Shown here one piece after another: positions 62,286 through 64,000 of a stretch of 64,000 bases of DNA. Positions within the stretch are counted from its first letter, which is position 1. The number at the start of each line of letters is the position of its first letter. Origin of the DNA: Centroscyllium fabricii (Eukaryota). The notes below the pieces were generated by a model. It did not search any database. It had not been told where the DNA came from and saw only the letters and a program-made list of their open reading frames with translations. The DNA lies in assembly GCA_051313645.2 (NCBI GenBank), contig JBNRSN020000020.1, forward strand, positions 98,580,001 through 98,644,000, written 5' to 3'. Position numbers and translations under genes: made by a program.

Positions 62286-63123
62286 GGGGGGGGGGGGGGG
62301 GATTTTTCCGGAAGGGCGGGAACCTGGCGGGGATTGGTCTGGGCGGCTTCCGGTCCCACCTGCCCAAACAGCTGGGAAGCCCACACAATTTTAGTTTAAT
62401 GAGGTTGTTAAATCCCCGTCGGCGGCAGCGGGAGGTAATTAGGTCAATCGAGTCGGGCTGCAGCGGGGCTGCGAGCACTTTGATTGACAGTTCCAGCACT
62501 GGTTGTTGTCAGTTCCCATGGAAACATTCCACTGTGACATCACAGTGGAGTGGAGCCAATGGGAAAGGCCAAGTGCTGGTGACTGACAGGTGGGCGGGCG
62601 GGCTCAGAATCCCTCACAGCTCGCAGCGGCTGTGAGGACATGGAGAGAACTGAGATTGCTCAGTTTATGTTCACAGCTGATGCTGAAGCCAGAACGGAGT
62701 TACTTACTCCTATAAGGTGCTGGAGGCATGTCAAGCATTTGGCAGCATGTCCTTCACACCTTAAAAGGAGAAAGTAATAAATTCACAAAGTCACACAACA
62801 TCAGGTTATAGTCCAAAAGTAATAAGCAGCGCTGTGCTCCCGCTGGGTATCACCCAGCGGGGTTTAAGGTGGCGGGGTTAGGGCGGCAAACACGGCAAAA
62901 TGGCTGAGGGCCCTTAAAATGGCATTAAAGATGCCAATTAAGGGCCCTTAACGAGGTGACAACCCATCCCCACCGGTCGGCGGCGGGAAGGTTTCGGGGC
63001 GGGGAATCTGGGCGAGCGAAAATGAGAAAGCGGCGGGGAGGGGCGGGACCCGCCAGTTGCACTATTTTGCCGGCCGGGCCGCCCAGAACCCCGCGTCATG
63101 GGGACATGAAACCCCTCCCCCCC
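62286..63123 (+). mobile_element. Poly-G-ended Harbinger-like MITE
   Basis: G-run start, C-run end and 3-bp TSD TTC. Confidence 0.82.
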
Positions 63124-63439
63124 TTCTCTCCTCAACCTCTACTGCAGAATAAATTCTATGCTCCAACCAACTCGACTTTTGCTTCCCAAATTCCTGCTAA
63201 TTCTTCGTTTTAACTAAAAATATAAAAATAAGGTCAAAATGTATGACTTTAAAATGGGGATTGAATTATTTGCCTGGTCTAATTATCTCCTACTCTCTAA
63301 CCCAAATTCAGCTGGTCATGACTCGGTGTGTAACACCACAGGAAATTGATAATTATTGAATGAATGAATAAATGCACATATAAACACACATTAGTATTAT
63401 GACCAGGAATATATAGTCTGTTAAACGGTAAGTTGATCA

Positions 63440-63760
63440 AGTGGCTTGGGTCATGCAGATGGGGGAGGGGGGATTGCACCACTGGAGCAGAGGGAGGGGT
63501 AAGGCCATAACGGGATTTAAACACAAGAATGAGGATTTAAAATGAGGTGTATGAGGCCAGGAGCCAAAATAGATCAGTGGCGACAGGGATAATGGCCGAG
63601 CGTGGCCTGGTACCGGATAGGATACAGGCAGTGGCATTCTGGTTGGGCTGAGGTTTATGGAAGGCGGAGGACGCGAGAAGAGCATTGGAGTCACCGAGTT
63701 TAAAGGATGAGAGTTTCAACAATAGGTGGGATGAGAGGAGCTGGTGCGGGGGATGTAAGC
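63440..63760 (-). mobile_element. L2-clade LINE 3' fragment
   Basis: Decayed L2-type QNATACIL...HFKILILVFK frame; L2 tails also at ~5460-5555 and 50520-50708. Confidence 0.6.
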
Positions 63761-64000
63761 AGTTTTTGCGATGGATGGGGGAGCTAGATGCTCAGCTCGA
63801 TGTTGACTAAGGGGCCATGATTGTGAACAGTCTGGTTCAACCTGAGACAGTGGCGAGGGCACGGATTTTGTGGTGAAGACTGAAGCAGACAGCTTCTGTT
63901 TTCCCAATGTTTAGAAACATAGAAACTAGGAGCAGGAGTCGGCCATTCGGCCCTTCGAGCCTGCTCCGCCATTCAATGAGATCATGGCTGATCATCCAAA

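Overview
This is eukaryotic, repeat-rich DNA, almost certainly from a cartilaginous fish. It carries HE1/V-SINEs, SacSINE1/AmnSINE1-type DeuSINEs, CR1/HER1, Rex1/Babar, L2 and Penelope fragments. Two intron-containing genes converge tail-to-tail. On + are the last three coding exons and long 3'UTR of a RAB21-type GTPase (1358-1412, 5294-5382, 7319-7461). On - is the complete coding region of an NF-YA gene (8 coding exons, 53404 to 18660, 311 aa, no recognisable exon 3); its promoter and exon 1 were not found and probably lie beyond the window. Most other long ORFs in the track are transposon fragments or chance frames. Main finding: a family of Tigger/pogo-like MITEs built from NRF1- and YY1-motif arrays. 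Three of five copies carry unrelated cargo, and one cargo looks like the promoter-proximal first exon of CENPW (a Pack-MITE-like gene-capture system). Also notable are two independent Harbinger-like insertions at the same nucleotide of Penelope hammerhead ribozymes, a cryptic 52-53 nt cassette exon carried by those MITEs in NFYA-sense orientation, a 233-bp foldback in the last RAB21 intron, and a candidate bidirectional poly(A) site between the genes. All calls were made by eye; repeat boundaries are approximate.
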